Assembly: GCA_976551045.1 (NCBI GenBank)
Contig: CDPCPM010000141.1
Location: forward strand, 9,052,001-9,116,000
DNA from: Glaucostegus cemiculus
Taxonomy: Eukaryota
DNA length: 64,000 nucleotides
Reading direction: 5' to 3'
Below are positions 25,176-38,490 of this stretch, piece after piece. Both the position numbers and the translations under genes were made by a program. Every line of letters begins with the position of its first letter. Position 1 is the first letter of the stretch. The notes below the pieces were generated by a model that was not told the origin of the DNA, made no database searches, and saw only the letters and a program-made list of their open reading frames with translations.

Positions 25176-27599
25176 CCTAATTGCACTTGCACAGCTGCAT
25201 TGACTGGCTGCACGACTGGCTGCACCACTTAAAAGGACATTTTAAGAGTCGCATTATTGGTACATCTGGGATCGTGTATAATGTAGACCAAGTAAAGATG
25301 ACAGATTTCCTTCCCTGAAGGAGGACAGTGAAACAGGCAAGTTTTAACGTGACAACCTTATCATATCAGGGTCACCATTACAGGTGCTCACTTTTTACTT
25401 GTAGATTTAGGTGATAAATTAAATACTTCCGCTGCCATAGTGGGATTTGAACACCTCTTTATCATTGTACTACCCTCTTGATTACTATAATGGTGGCATA
25501 ATCGCTACACTACCATGAGTTGGCAAAGAGTTAAATAATAAGATTCATCAAGACCTTTAGTTATTCATCAAAGGGCAGTAACAAAAATATGGAAGTTGCA
25601 CTCATTCAAGAAACAGTAGGTTTCAGCTGTTACCTGCCAATTGAAAGGTTAACAACCAGTTGTGAGTAAAGATCTTTTGATAGGCTCAGACCCCAGACTT
25701 TCTGTACTTCTTTTTATCCTGGTAATAAAAGTGACTATTTATAAACCATGCATGACAATATCTTAAAGTGACTACGCTGCGCACGTAAGTGAACAGCAAA
25801 TTGTATTCGGAAATCTATCAGATAAGAATGACCTTTAATTGCTTGCTGCATTTCAGGAAACAGTGCAGTTTCTTGCATTATTTTTAATTGATGTTGCCAT
25901 TTGAACAGCATAGTGACTTCAAGATTTACACTCAGGATCATTCCTTAACCATCTTGGTGAGGGAACCACCAAATCAAAGGAACCTTCCAAGGCTTCCAGA
26001 AGTATGGAACAGAAGTAAGGCAAAGCAGGACAATTCTTTTATTTACCATTCAAATTTACAGCCCTTGTTCACAAATTGCAGCATAATAACAGCACAGGGA
26101 AGGCCATCCAGCCCACACCAGCTTTTTGTATGTGTAATCCTCAGTCCCATTCCTTATCTTTTTTCTTTTTAGCCCTGTGACTATCTTCCTTTCAAGTACT
26201 TATCCAATTCCTTTTGTAAAGCCACAATTGAATCTGCTTCCACCAACCTTTCAGAGAATACATTCCAGAATTTAACTACTATTGTCCTTTTTGGTACTTT
26301 TGCCAATAACCGTAAGTCTGTGTCCACTAATTCTTGATCCTTCTCTCAATGAGAATAGTTAATTTTTGTATATCTAGTCAAGACCCTTCATGATTTTGCA
26401 GCCTCTTAAACCTCCTTGTGGTTTTCTCTGTTCGAAGAAGAAGAATTCATGCTTTTCTCATCTATCTTTGCCACTGAATTCTCCCACATCCTTGCAAAAG
26501 CACTGTGCCCAGAAGCAGATATAATACTCAAATGTGGGTGAACAAGTGTCCTACATTGATCCAATATAACTTCCTAACTTTTGCACTCTACAATGCTACT
26601 TATAAAGTCCAGGGTTCTGTCAGCGTCAACTGTCTTCTCACCTTGTCATTTAGTCATTCTGTGAAAAAAAAACATTTGAAAACTATCACATGGACAGCAG
26701 AAAAAAAGATCTGATATAGTGCACTTTGCATGGAGTTCTGGCTTCATAGTCAGTCCAGGACTCTTAAAAAAAGGGTTATGGAAGTTTCACACACAGTCCT
26801 GCAGAAGTACAGTGATGTGAGGTTATGTTAATATCAGAAAATTATAGTACAGAAAGTTGCCATTCAGTCTGTCATACCAGTTCATTGAAAGTGCCATGTG
26901 ATCAGTTCTGCTCTTGTTCTTTTTCCTCATACTCCAACAGAACATTTCACTTGAGCTGTTGGTGACCCAGTACTCCGGAGGATGCAAGTTTAATTCACAC
27001 TGTGGCAATTTGGGGATTTGAATTCTGTTCTATGAAAAAATCTGGAATTGAAAATCTGCTGATAACAAAAATGATCATAAGGTTGTCAAACCACCAGAAT
27101 AACAAAACTGGCTCTCTAATATCCTTTAGAGAAGGAAATCAGATATCCTGACCCAATTTGGCCTACATGTGATTCCCATCCCAAGCCAATATGACTCACT
27201 CTTTATTATCTATTAATATGGCTCTTCCAACCAGCCAGTTCTATTGAATTGAAAGAATCAAGTAAGGGGCTTTCCAGAAAATTAGTATAAGTTCAACATT
27301 AAATAAATTCAACATTACAAGGTAAAAAACAATTACAGATCACATTCAAAATCTGCTACATCACTAACCTATAGCAGTATTTATGAACGGTTAATGACCC
27401 TGAAATTTTAACACTGTTTCTCCCTCCACATGCTGCCTGACCTGGTGACCATTTTCAGCATTTGGGCTTTATTTCAGATCTCCCACATCCATAATATTTT
27501 GCTTTGGTTGAGGATTATTCAGTAAGGATATTTTACTTGGTTCAAATGTTCCAGGTAGTGCACATGTTAAATCTTGGTTTGAAGAAATAAAAGACTTAC

Positions 27600-27695
27600 T
27601 ACAACATTGTACTCCCACAGCATTCTCCAGAAGTCCATCACTGTATGCGGCAAAGGGCCCTGTGTTGCTATATAGGCACATGGTCCATACACACC
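27600..27695 (-). CDS. PTPN22: PTPN22-like exon 4 ([32 protein letters not shown])
   Basis: 96 nt, aag|GGT acceptor and gtaagt donor; YIATQGP and DFWRM motifs. Confidence 0.96.
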
Positions 27696-28849
27696 CTTGG
27701 GAAGAAAACCGTTTATAAGTGTCAGCTTTTGTAAATTGACCATTGTAAAATATGCTCTACCCCATGAACTTCAAGTCACATAATTTAAAATCAAAAATAA
27801 GTGTTTTATAAGAGTTGTAGTTTTAGATGGAACAGCTCACTTAAGGAGTGTTATACTTCAAAGGTGTATGTCAGCTTGGTTTAGTGGATAACAGTCTTGC
27901 CTCCAAATCAAGTGATTGTAAACTTCAGTTACCTTCTAGGACTTGAGGATCTAATTTGGGGTCTGCAATGGACAAAGTCCTCAGTGTAACAATGGGAAAG
28001 TTTGTATTCTTGGACACAATTGCACTTGTTTAATATATCAAAACAGGGGTTCACTGAACTCTATAAATTTCTCTTTCAAATATTGTTCACTGGTATTGAC
28101 TATTTTGTCATTTTTTTTCCAGTTTCCCTTTACCTCCATCCTTGTTCCCTCACAGTTGGCATTTTCCCAGTCAAATAATTTGGTTATGGTCTTATCCCAT
28201 TCAGTCATTACCTTCAAGCATATTTGTTATGAGATCATTATTTTTGCAAAATTTTGCACGCTACTTTCACATCATTTCTCCCCTTCGTCTCCCATTACCA
28301 GGTCTAGCAATGCTTTTTCTATTGGAAAGCGTCTCACACTTTGCACATAATTGAGAATTACTCAGTCTACTCTCTTTTTATTATAACTCTTTGGCAGTTT
28401 ATTTTGGTTGGTTGAGATATTCCACAATAATAATGTGATTTTTGTTTCTCCTCGTTACTCTTTTCTACTATTTTGGTAATATTGTATCATTCCCTATCCT
28501 TCATCTCAATTTATATGGATTCTGCTTCTGGCATTTTGCCCTTTCTTTCTTCTACCATCTGTTCTTTCTGACTAACATTTCCCCACAGCCTGATCAGTTC
28601 TTCCACCTCTATCTTTTCTACGTACATTACTGCTTGCAATAGTTACCTGTCCTGTGCTCTCAGCACTTCTCTTCTAATCACTGCCTTTCAAGGGTTTGTT
28701 TCTTTGCTAATCATACTCTACAAAGGGGAGGCTTTTCAGCCCATTATAACTATGGAGCCATTCAAGTAATCTCATTCTCCTGTTCTTTCCCCATAGCCCA
28801 ATTATTATTTCCCTTTCAACTATTTATCCAGTTTTTAAGGTTGAAACAA

Positions 28850-29195
28850 ACAGCATAGATAGGGCAGACAGTCAGGATCTTTATCCCAGGGTAGAAATGT
28901 CAAATACCAGAGGACATGCATTTAAGCTGAGAGGGGGAAAGTTTTAAAGGAGATGGACAGGCAAGTTGTTTTTTTTTTACCACACAGAGTAGTGGGTGCC
29001 TGGAATGACCCACGAGGGGTGGCAGTGGAAACAGATACGATAGTGGTGTTCAAGGGGCTTTTAGAAAAACACATGAATATGCAGGGAATGGAGGGATATG
29101 GATCATGTGTAGACAGAAGAGATTTAGTTTAATTTGGCATCATACTCGACACATGGATCGAAGGGCCTTTTCCTGTGCTGTGTTGCTTTATGTTC
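28850..29195 (+). mobile_element. CR1 3' end
   Basis: TRGHAFKL, QRVVGAWN and gggcct..tgtgctg tail. Confidence 0.8.
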
Positions 29196-29309
29196 TTTTT
29201 TGAATGCTACAATTGAATGTGCTTCCACCGCCATTTCATGCAAAGCATTCTCAATCACAGCTCAATATCTAAAACATACATCCTCATATGGATGGCACAG
29301 TGGTCTAAT

Positions 29310-29650
29310 GGGCAGCATGGTGACATAGCAGTTTGTGGTATTGACTCACAGCTCTAGGGAACTAGATTTGATCCTTGGGTACTGTCTGTGTAGAATTTGC
29401 AGATTCTCTTTGTGACCATGTGGATTTCCTGTTTTTTTTTCCACATCACAAAAATCGTGCAGGGTGGTTAATTATCACTGAGTGTGGTTAACAGCAAAAG
29501 GAATGAAAAAGGAATGAAAAGGATTGTTAATGGTCATGTCTGAGAGGGAATAAATTGCAGTGATACAAGGAAATGGGGAGAGTGGAATGGAACTCATGTT
29601 CACCTGGGAGCCAGCATGGAGCCAAAGGGCTGAATAGCCTTTTCTGCATT
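29310..29650 (+). mobile_element. Older V-SINE (HE1-like) with CR1-type tail
   Basis: gcatggtgacatagcag head, gtactgtctgtgtagaatttgc core, gggctgaatagcctttt tail. Confidence 0.65.
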
Positions 29651-29794
29651 GTTATAAGGTACAAGACGTTACCAGTGGTTCTTCTGGCAAGCACTTTAAT
29701 CCTGTGATCTCTAATTATCAATCTTTCTACAGTTGAAAACAGTTTCTCCTGATATATTCCATCCAAAAATTGGAGCACAGCTCTCAATCATCTT

Positions 29795-30427
29795 TTATGG
29801 TTTGTTGGCCTGTATTACAAGGGGAATTGAGTACAAAAGCAAAGAGATTCTTCTGCATTTGTACAGGACCCTGGTGAGACCACTGCTGGAGTATTGTGTA
29901 CAGTTTTGGTCTCCGGGATTAAGGAAGGATATCCTGGCTATAGAGGGTGTGCAGCGTAGGTTCACAAGGTTAATTCCGGGGATGTCAGGACTGACTTATG
30001 CTGAGAGGTTGGAGAGACTGGGTTTGTACACGCTAGAATTGAGAAGATTAAGAGGGGATCTGATTGAGACTTATAGGATTATTAAAGGTTTAGACAGGAT
30101 AGAGGTAGGAAGTATGTTCCAGATGTTGGGGAAATCCAGGACCAGAGGGCATGAGCTAAGAATTAAAGGTATGCCATTTAGGACAGAAGTGAGGAGAAAC
30201 TTCTTCTCACAAAGGGTGGTAAATCTGTGGAATGCACTGCCTCAGAGGGCAGTGGAGGCCAATACACTGGGCACTTTCAAGGAAGAGTTAGATAGGTTTC
30301 TTATAGATAGGGGAATCAGGGGATATGGGGATAAGGCAGGAACAGGTTATTGATCAGCCATGATCTCAAAATGGTGGAGCAGACTCGAAGGGCCGAAATG
30401 TCTACTTCTGCTCCTATTGTCTATTGT
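29795..30427 (+). mobile_element. Young 5'-truncated CR1 with uninterrupted ORF2 C-terminus
   Basis: Open frame to TGA at 30353 (LVRPLLEYCVQFWSP...RNFFSQRVVNLWNALP); (ctattgt)2 tail. Confidence 0.92.
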
Positions 30428-30603
30428 TTCCCTGATTAAAGGAGACCCACCCCATTTTCTGCACTTCTGCTACCTTCGCCGGTCAGTGAGAACACCTCTC
30501 CCTTCCCACAAGGGAGGTGCAATGGTTTGATCAAAAATTATTTCAACAGAAATGCACTGGCCACTTTTTTTGTTGGCAAAGTTTCCATTTAGAAAGTGCA
30601 TAC

Positions 30604-30680
30604 CTTGATGAAGCTTGCATTGATGTAATCAGAATGACTGTCGGAAATGATCAGTGACAGCTGCACTCGGCTGTGATCAA
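30604..30680 (-). CDS. PTPN22: PTPN22-like exon 3 (FDHSRVQLSLIISDSHSDYINASFIK)
   Basis: 77 nt, AG/GT boundaries; DHSRV and DYINAS PTP motifs; phase fits exon 2. Confidence 0.95.
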
Positions 30681-31915
30681 CTGAAAACAGGATGCAAATA
30701 TTAAAGCACACGCACAGAAACAACATGCATTTTCCATTTCCTCATTCTGCCCATCTAGTTAAAAGGAACTGAGCTGTTTAACTCAGTGGCCACTTCAGTT
30801 TCGATTGAATTGGCAAGTTCAGAAATTAAAATTAACAAACTAGTGATTATATGATCAGGGTCACTCAAAGTAGATTCTTCAACCACAAAGGGTCATTTAA
30901 GGGGGTAGGGCCACTTTTTTTAAAAGCAGCTCTGGAGTTGGAACTGATGCCAGAATGGACAGCTAACAATAATTTAGTATCTGTAGTCTGGTGAGCAGAT
31001 TGGGATAGGATCAGGTCTATCCCGAATGGCAATCTGCTCCCATGACACCTTGTATCACTGGTTTCTGTCACAGGGACAAAGGAAGTAAAAGGCAATAAAA
31101 GCCAAAGCCCTTCTAATTCACCTTCTGCTACCCTGGATTTTGGATTATACAATAATGGAGTTGTTGATTAATTGCAGCCATCAACCAATCTGTCTACAAC
31201 AGAGGCAGATAAAAGGTGAGGAAAACACCAGTGGCTGAGACCTTGGAGTTTCAAAAATCACCTGCTCCTCCCAAGTGTATCCTTGTGGAGTGAATCGAAC
31301 TGTTCTGTAAAGACAATTATCTGAGGTACATTTGGCTTCTACAAGGGAGAGGAGACAGTGTTGAATACAGTGGATCTTCCAATTTAGTGCACCACAGACA
31401 ATCCCCTTGTTCTTTCCACCCTTCTATGCAACTTAAAACATGTTTGATTTCTAACTATTCCAAGTTTCGATGCAAATTAAACATCAACTGTTTCTTTCTC
31501 CACAGATGCTACCTGGTCTGAATATTTCCAGTATTTTTTGTTTGAAACAAACTGTCTCAGTCAAGTTTACCTCGACCCTTTAGAATCCTTAAAGCTCCAA
31601 TAATATCCCTACTTTTCCCAGTGAAAACATTGGCAATTTGCATACTCTCTCCTCCTAATCCAGTCCTCCTTCATTTGGTCACTCTGTTCAGTATCTTTTC
31701 AATTACTGTATCTTTTCTGTAATGCAGCAACTAGAATTGTACATATTTGATGCATTTTCATCAATATTTTTGAAAATATGCATTTGAAAGATGGAGGCTC
31801 TAAGCTATAGATATATGTATATTCACTTATGTGTTATCTAGTCAGATAATTTAGTCACAGGATAGAACTCAGGTTTAGGGTATCTTTTTGGGTAATTTGT
31901 TTTGGGTAAAGATGA

Positions 31916-32549
31916 TGGTGTTGGTGTTGATGAGGCTATATGGGGCACTGGTGAGGCCTCACTTGGAGTACTGTGTGCAGTTTTGGGCCCCATACCTTAG
32001 GAAGGATGTGCTGATGTTGGAGAGGGTTCAGAGGAGATTTACTAGGATGATTCCTGGGATGAAAAAGTTTACATATGACGAGCGACTGTCATCACTTGGA
32101 CTGTACTCGTTGGAGTACAGAAGAATGAGAGGGGACCTAATAGAAACGTACAGGATGTTGAAAGGAATGGACCAAGTGAATGTGGTCAAGCTGTTTCCCT
32201 TGGTGGGGGAATCCAGGACTAGAGGACACAAACTTAGAATTAGAAGAAGCAGGTTCATAACAGAGATAAGGAGGAATTTCTTTAGCCAGAGGGTGGTGAA
32301 CCTGTGGAACTCCTTACCACAGAAAGCAGTGGAAGCCAGATCATTGGGGATATTCAAGAAGGAAATAGATAGATATCTAATTGGTCAAGGTATCAGGGGA
32401 TATGGAGATAAGGCAGGGATTTGGACTTAGAATAGTAGGTGGGTTTTTTTTTTTCTCCCCCCCCCCCCCCACCTTCCCTTCCCTTTGGAGCAGACTCGAT
32501 GGGCCGACTGGCCTGCTTCTGCTCCATTATCTTGTGATCTTGTGATCTT
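31916..32549 (+). mobile_element. Young 5'-truncated CR1 with 10-bp target-site duplication
   Basis: Open ORF2 end to 32430; (atcttgtg)n tail; GTAAAGATGA at 31906-31915 and 32550-32559. Confidence 0.93.
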
Positions 32550-33990
32550 GTAAAGATGAAAATTGTCACAGGAATGAAACTAATGAACAATAAGAAACAT
32601 TGTGACAGCAAGGCAACAAAAAACTGGGCAGGTTCAGTTTAAATTCAGATTAAGTTCCTGTTGCTATTTTTGTGCACATCCTTATTCAAATCTAGGATAT
32701 AATGTAAGATATTGAAGAAAAGCACTGTCTCTATAGAGTTCAAACAGTACTTCAAGAATTGTTTCATCTTCTCAGTTCATTCTAAATTTGAAATGTTTCG
32801 ATTCTAACACAGTTTTGCAGACAGAAGGTTCAGATCTAAGAAAGCATTCCAGGAGAGTCACAGAGTCACCAAATTTATAATGTTCTGCCACCAGCTCTCC
32901 ATTTTTATTGATTTATTCACTCATTGCCATTTCAGTCGAACTGATTAAAAAAAATAATTCTGTGCTTCCTAACCATAATTGGGACCATCCTTTGGGAATT
33001 AGATTCCCAGGAATTTTCTAATTTTTGCATGGGACTTCCAGGAGCCTGCCTGCAGTGGATACTATACTACCCAGGGGTTCACTGGGATGTACTTACAGGG
33101 GTTCCTGATAGTACATTCACCTACAAGATGTCATCAGAAGATGGTCTGTACCTGTACTTACATTCCATTTGTGGTTAGGGACGTGGGTGTGGGGGAGTGT
33201 TTCTGGAATTTTGTAATAATTTATTGGAATTCCCTGGAAGTCTAACTCCACTTGCAAGTGGTCCCCCAAGGAGTGTGCTGTATTTGACCTCAACTCTCCA
33301 TGGATGTGTTTGAAAATTAGCAGCTTAAGTAGATTTAACTTAACTTTATGCAAAGGACTGCGATACTGAAACGTTGCAAGTACACTGTGCACTTAATGGA
33401 GTTTAAAGGGAAGCAACTAAACTCATGGAGAAAATGTCTGGTGAGTGACTGTAAACTGTCCTCTGAAATCTCCAGCAAGCCACTCAATCGTATTACAACC
33501 TCAACACATCACAATAACTGCTTTGCCTTACCAACTGCAACTGTTCAAGTAGGCAACTCACTATCATGTCGTCAAGGATAATTGACATGGACAAAGAATG
33601 CTGATCTTGCCAGTAATGCCCACATTCTGTGAATAAAAACATCTCTAGTGCACTCTCATTCTGTCTTTCATTCATTAAATTAAATCTTTTCCAACTTAAT
33701 TCAATCAAGAATGAGGCTTCCACAACCTACTCTTAGGTAAAGGTAGCATCAAATATATAAGCAATATTTCACATCATAGAAAAGGACTTTAAATTTGGTT
33801 CTCCTTGTGTCATTAGACATCCAACTACAACCTTTCAATCCAATCACTTAGTAATTTATATTTCTACGCAAGCCCCTTGCTAATGATCCCTAAACAAGGA
33901 AAAATAAATAGAAGTTCACTGGAATCCTACAAGGGTGTATTGGGCCTATTAAAGGAATTAGGAAATTTGAAACTGAAAACCTTGACTTAC

Positions 33991-34099
33991 AGGGTATAAC
34001 GTCTTTGTAGCGATTCTTCTTGACATTCTCTTGCTTCTCTGCATGACCTGCCGAGTAGGTTTTGTCATGCTTGTTTTTCACTGACTGTCTTTTCAGTCT
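33991..34099 (-). CDS. PTPN22: PTPN22-like exon 2 (RLKRQSVKNKHDKTYSAGHAEKQENVKKNRYKDVIP)
   Basis: cag|AGA acceptor, gtaagt donor, 109 nt; KNRYKD pTyr-recognition loop. Confidence 0.95.
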
Positions 34100-34319
34100 C
34101 TGGGGTATGGGACAAAACAAAGTCAGATTTATGAATTGTGTAGCATAGATATGCATCAGCAAAGTCTTCCTGATAGCAATGCTAATCTTAAATTCTAGTC
34201 TCTCTAATTTATAAAATGCTTATCCCTCTCCCAGGGTTTCCCATTCAAAACATCCAACATGACAATTGAGAAATTATTAATCTCTAACGCTATAGGTAGA
34301 ATCTTAGAATTCGAAACTT

Positions 34320-34930
34320 AGGATGTCTTCATTGGTGGATCGGCGGCAGAGAGAGTCAACAGCTTTAAATTCTTGGCTGTTAACGTATTGGTTGACCTAT
34401 CCTGGGCCCAGAACATAGATGCAATCACAAGGAAGGCGTGCCAGCATCTTTACTTCCTTAGAAGGTTAAGGTGGTTCAGCACTAACTTCTACAGATAATT
34501 CGAATCTGCAGGAGCACAAGAAGCTGCAGAGAGTAGTGGACTCAGCCCAATACATCATGAAAACATCCCTCCCCGCTATTTATAGTATCTACACGAGGCA
34601 CCAACATCCAGGCCATGCCATCTTCTCATGGCTACCTTCAGGCAGGAGGTACAGAAGCTTCAGGGTTCCTGAACCACTGGGTTTAGGAACAGCTACTTCC
34701 CAACTGACACAACCCTAATCACTACCTCAGTATAGCAGCACTATGACCACTTTGATCACTTTGCACTACAATGAACTTTCTGTCCTTTCTTGTAAAAATT
34801 GTGTATAATTTATGTTTTTCTTGTGAATGCTGCTTATAGGATGCGATGTTCCTGTGAAGCTGCTGCAAGTAAGTTTTTCACTTCCCCCATGCATACGCGT
34901 ACTTGTGCATAGGATAATAAGCTCGACTTT
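34320..34930 (+). mobile_element. Rex1/Babar LINE 3' fragment
   Basis: ERVNSFKFL, DLSWAQNID, QHLYFLRRLR, HPGHAIFSWLPSGRRYRS. Confidence 0.85.
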
Positions 34931-35054
34931 CAGTTTGGTTTTGATACCATAGATAATTGCCATTCAGACCATCTAGTTTGGGTGATTTTTTTTCCATATT
35001 AATCAGCATATTGATCCACTCTCCTCCTGGCTTGTCATCCTTTTAGCATCCTAC

Positions 35055-35680
35055 TTTGTAGGGAGTTGTACAGTACAGAAATAGGCTCTTTGGCCGACCA
35101 TGTCCATGCCAACCATTTTGCCCATCTGTACTAATCCCATTTTCCCTTCTGTGCCTGGCCTATTGAAGTGTCTGCCCAAATGCCTCTTAAACATAGCGAT
35201 TGCATCTGACTCCATCACTTCCTCTGGCAGCACGTTCCAGATGTTAATCATTCTGTGTAAAATAACTTTCGCTTGAGATCCCTTTTAAAACTCCTTCCTC
35301 TCTCCTTAAACTCTTGCCCCCTCATCATGAGAAAGAGATTCTGATTAGCTATCCTAACTATGCCTCTTATAATTTTATATACCTCCATCAGGTCACCACT
35401 CAGCCTCCTCCACTGCAGGGGAAACAAACCCAGCCTATCTAATCTCTCTCTCTAACTAAAATCCTCCAATCCAGGCAACATCCTAGTGAATCTCCTTGGC
35501 ACTCTCCTCCAATGTAAGCACATTCTTCCCAAAGTGTGAGACTAGACCTGCATACAATACTCCCAAGTGTAGCCTAACCAGTGTCTTGTAAAGTTGAACA
35601 TGACATCCCAATTGCTATGGCCCACCTACTAAGGCAAGCACACAATATGCCTTCTCCTCTGCCTTATCTACTTATGCTGC
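35055..35680 (-). mobile_element. CR1 3' fragment
   Basis: INIWNVLPEEVMESD ORF and upstream RT C-terminal remnants. Confidence 0.8.
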
Positions 35681-38234
35681 ACTCTCATTTTTTTTCCTCA
35701 TAACCTTCAATATCCCACCTCGTTATTTGCTTTTTTAGTCCATTCTCCCATATCCTTTAATAACTTGTCTAACTCACCACTGAGTACACTTCACCCATCC
35801 TTCAACATTCCACTTAGACCAATGCCACTCTTGTCACCTCTCACAACACATTAGCTAGCTAACAAAAGATTTTTCAAATATTTAGACTTTGTTTAAACAA
35901 TCATTTTTGCATTTTCAATACCCACCATATTCTTAAGTTTCTCTTCAGTTCCTCAGTTCATCATTACCTATTCCAGCAAAAGCCTTCATAGTCTCAGAGA
36001 CCTTTACCAACTCATCCTTAACCACCTTATTGCTAATGGAAATAAAACTTCAGCTTCTCAAGTCTTTCTTCATGTTTGGCCATTACTTATCCCTGGTAAC
36101 ACTTCAGTGAATCTACATCACCTCTTTTCAATTAATGAATTGTCCTGAGGTAGTGGCTTAATAGATCAGCCCTCATCAACAAGTAAAATAAATCTAACTG
36201 ACCTATAGACTCACTGGTTTATTTTTATCTCTCAGTCATTCCTTAAGCACAAACTGTTATATCTCTGGTGGTTTCTTCAGTTTAGGCTTGAGTTACACCT
36301 AGTATCTCTAAAGGATCACCTCCACCTGTCACTTTATCACTCTTGGATGCCAGATAACATAAGGAAAACCCAAATAAAATGAGGAAAATTGCAGCTAATT
36401 GTGCCTTGCCCTGCCAATCCGCAACCCATCTTCTCTATGAAGTAGTAGTTATGAAATTAATTACATAGATTTGACAGGGCAGAAATCAGCCAGGTGGCCC
36501 TGGGGATCTATGTGGTACATGCTCCAAACTAGTCCTCTCCCATTGTATTTTATCTCATCCAATCAGCACAACCTTCGACACCAAACTTTCTCATACTTAA
36601 AACACTTACTTTCCCTCGCATCTGTGGCATTTGTGTCAATCATTCTTTGTGGTAATGAGCTCTAGGTTCAAAGCACATTCTGGATTAAGTGGTTTCTCCC
36701 AAACTTATTCCTGGACCCATGAGCAACAGAACGGTGGACCAGGAAACAGAACCAGTGTTGTTTGTTGTTCTAGATTCTGGTATTTGCAGTCTCTTTTGCC
36801 TTATTGGATTTATTAGTTATTATCTGCGATGACAGCCTGGCTTTTTATTTGCATTGCTTTAATCTCAAAATTAATTGAAGTTTCTACATCTTTTTGCCGC
36901 AAGGAAACAGTATTCAGCTAAACACGATCAATAGTGGTGTTCATCTTCCACACGAACCTTCTCCCACCTTTCTCGCATACATGTTTATTTAACATCCTCT
37001 TAAATGCATCTGTTATTCACCACAACTACTTCATGTGGAAGCAAGTTCCATATTTTTACTACCTTCCCAGTAGAGAAGTTCCTCCTGAACTATGTATTAG
37101 TTATTGGTGAGAACCTTAAATTTATGGCCCTTGGTTTATGAACTGTGTTTAGCATACAACATTAAGCCTTGAATTAAACAAAGTTTCAGTTTTGGTCCTA
37201 GAACCCATCAATGTCACCTATTTTGAGGTGAGAACGCAGACATTTGTTGGCAACTTTTTGCAAAGTATAGGCTCTCTCCTCCCAAACTATTCAATGCAAG
37301 CAGAAAGCAATAGGTCCTTGGGGCAACCCTATTACAACTTTGCTTCCTTCCTTCAATCCTTACATGCTCTCACTGTGTTAATTATATTTCAACATGCTAA
37401 TTTTTGCTTTAATTTATTCATTAACAGGATGACCTGAAAGGTTGGCACTTATTGCTTTTCCCAGCTTTGTCTTCAACCAAGGCAGGAATTCAGAGTGAAC
37501 TGCATTGGATGATCCAGAGTCACACAGACATTAGAACAGTAACATGCGATAATGTGAAATGGATGGGTTTTACAATAATCCAGTGATCTTGAAGTTACCA
37601 ATATCGATGCTTAGCTTTTTCATTCTATATAGAGTTAATTATGAATTTAAATTTCCCAGTTATGATGGTAGGTTCTGAACTCATATCTCTGGATCAATGA
37701 TTCATTTTTCTGGAAACTAGTCCAGTGAGTTAACCATGACACAATCAACCCTCTTTTAGTTGCTTATTAAGTTTCTTGGCAGTTTTCTTTCATTCCTTTT
37801 CACTATCACATCTTAATCTTTTGCATTTTTCTGCCATATTCTTCAAATTTTCCCTGGATTTTCTTTTTATTGCTTCCCTTAAAGGCTACAACTTTTTAAA
37901 ACTCAATCTTGATTTAGTTTCTCTATGCAATCAAAATTATTTGCTTTATTGGAATGTATTTATCTGTAATCTTTCTATCTCCATTGCTGGTATTGCAAGC
38001 TCTTTAATTGAGTTCATCTTCCCCCAATAGTTCCCATTTCTCTTGGGCAGTTTGGTGTTCATTTCAGGATTGTAGAGCTGAGGAACATTACCTCCAGTTA
38101 CTCAGCAATGCAGTATCAAGTTACATTAAATTTACACCACAAAAATACACCCTTCAACCATGTTTTGGTTCCATGCAAATCTCTTCCCAGACTACATTAA
38201 CAAGTAATTCCATTCTTCCACATAACCCAGAAGT

Positions 38235-38490
38235 TGTCATAGATCATGGAAAGGTACAGCACAGAAACAGGCCCTTTGGCCCGTGGTGACCATGGCAACC
38301 ACCAAGCACCCATTTTTACACTAAATCCACCCTGACCCACATTCCCGTCCATCCACCCCCCCACCCCCCAAGATTTTATCACTTGTTACACATTAGGGAT
38401 GATTTACAATAGCCAACTAACCTATCAACAGACATGTCTTTGGGATGTGGGAGGAAACCAGAGCACACAGAAGAAACCCACATGGCCACA
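38235..38490 (-). mobile_element. V-SINE with CR1-type tail, 5' part cut off by the adjacent CR1
   Basis: gtgggtttcttctgtgtgctctggtttcctcccacatcccaaagac core; gggcctgtttctgtgctgtac tail. Confidence 0.75.

Noticed and set aside
27990-28700. Hydrophobic ORFs resembling membrane peptides (also 37776-38289)
   Set aside because: T-rich antisense of very old CR1 endonuclease remnants (minus strand EKALLDLVMGDE).
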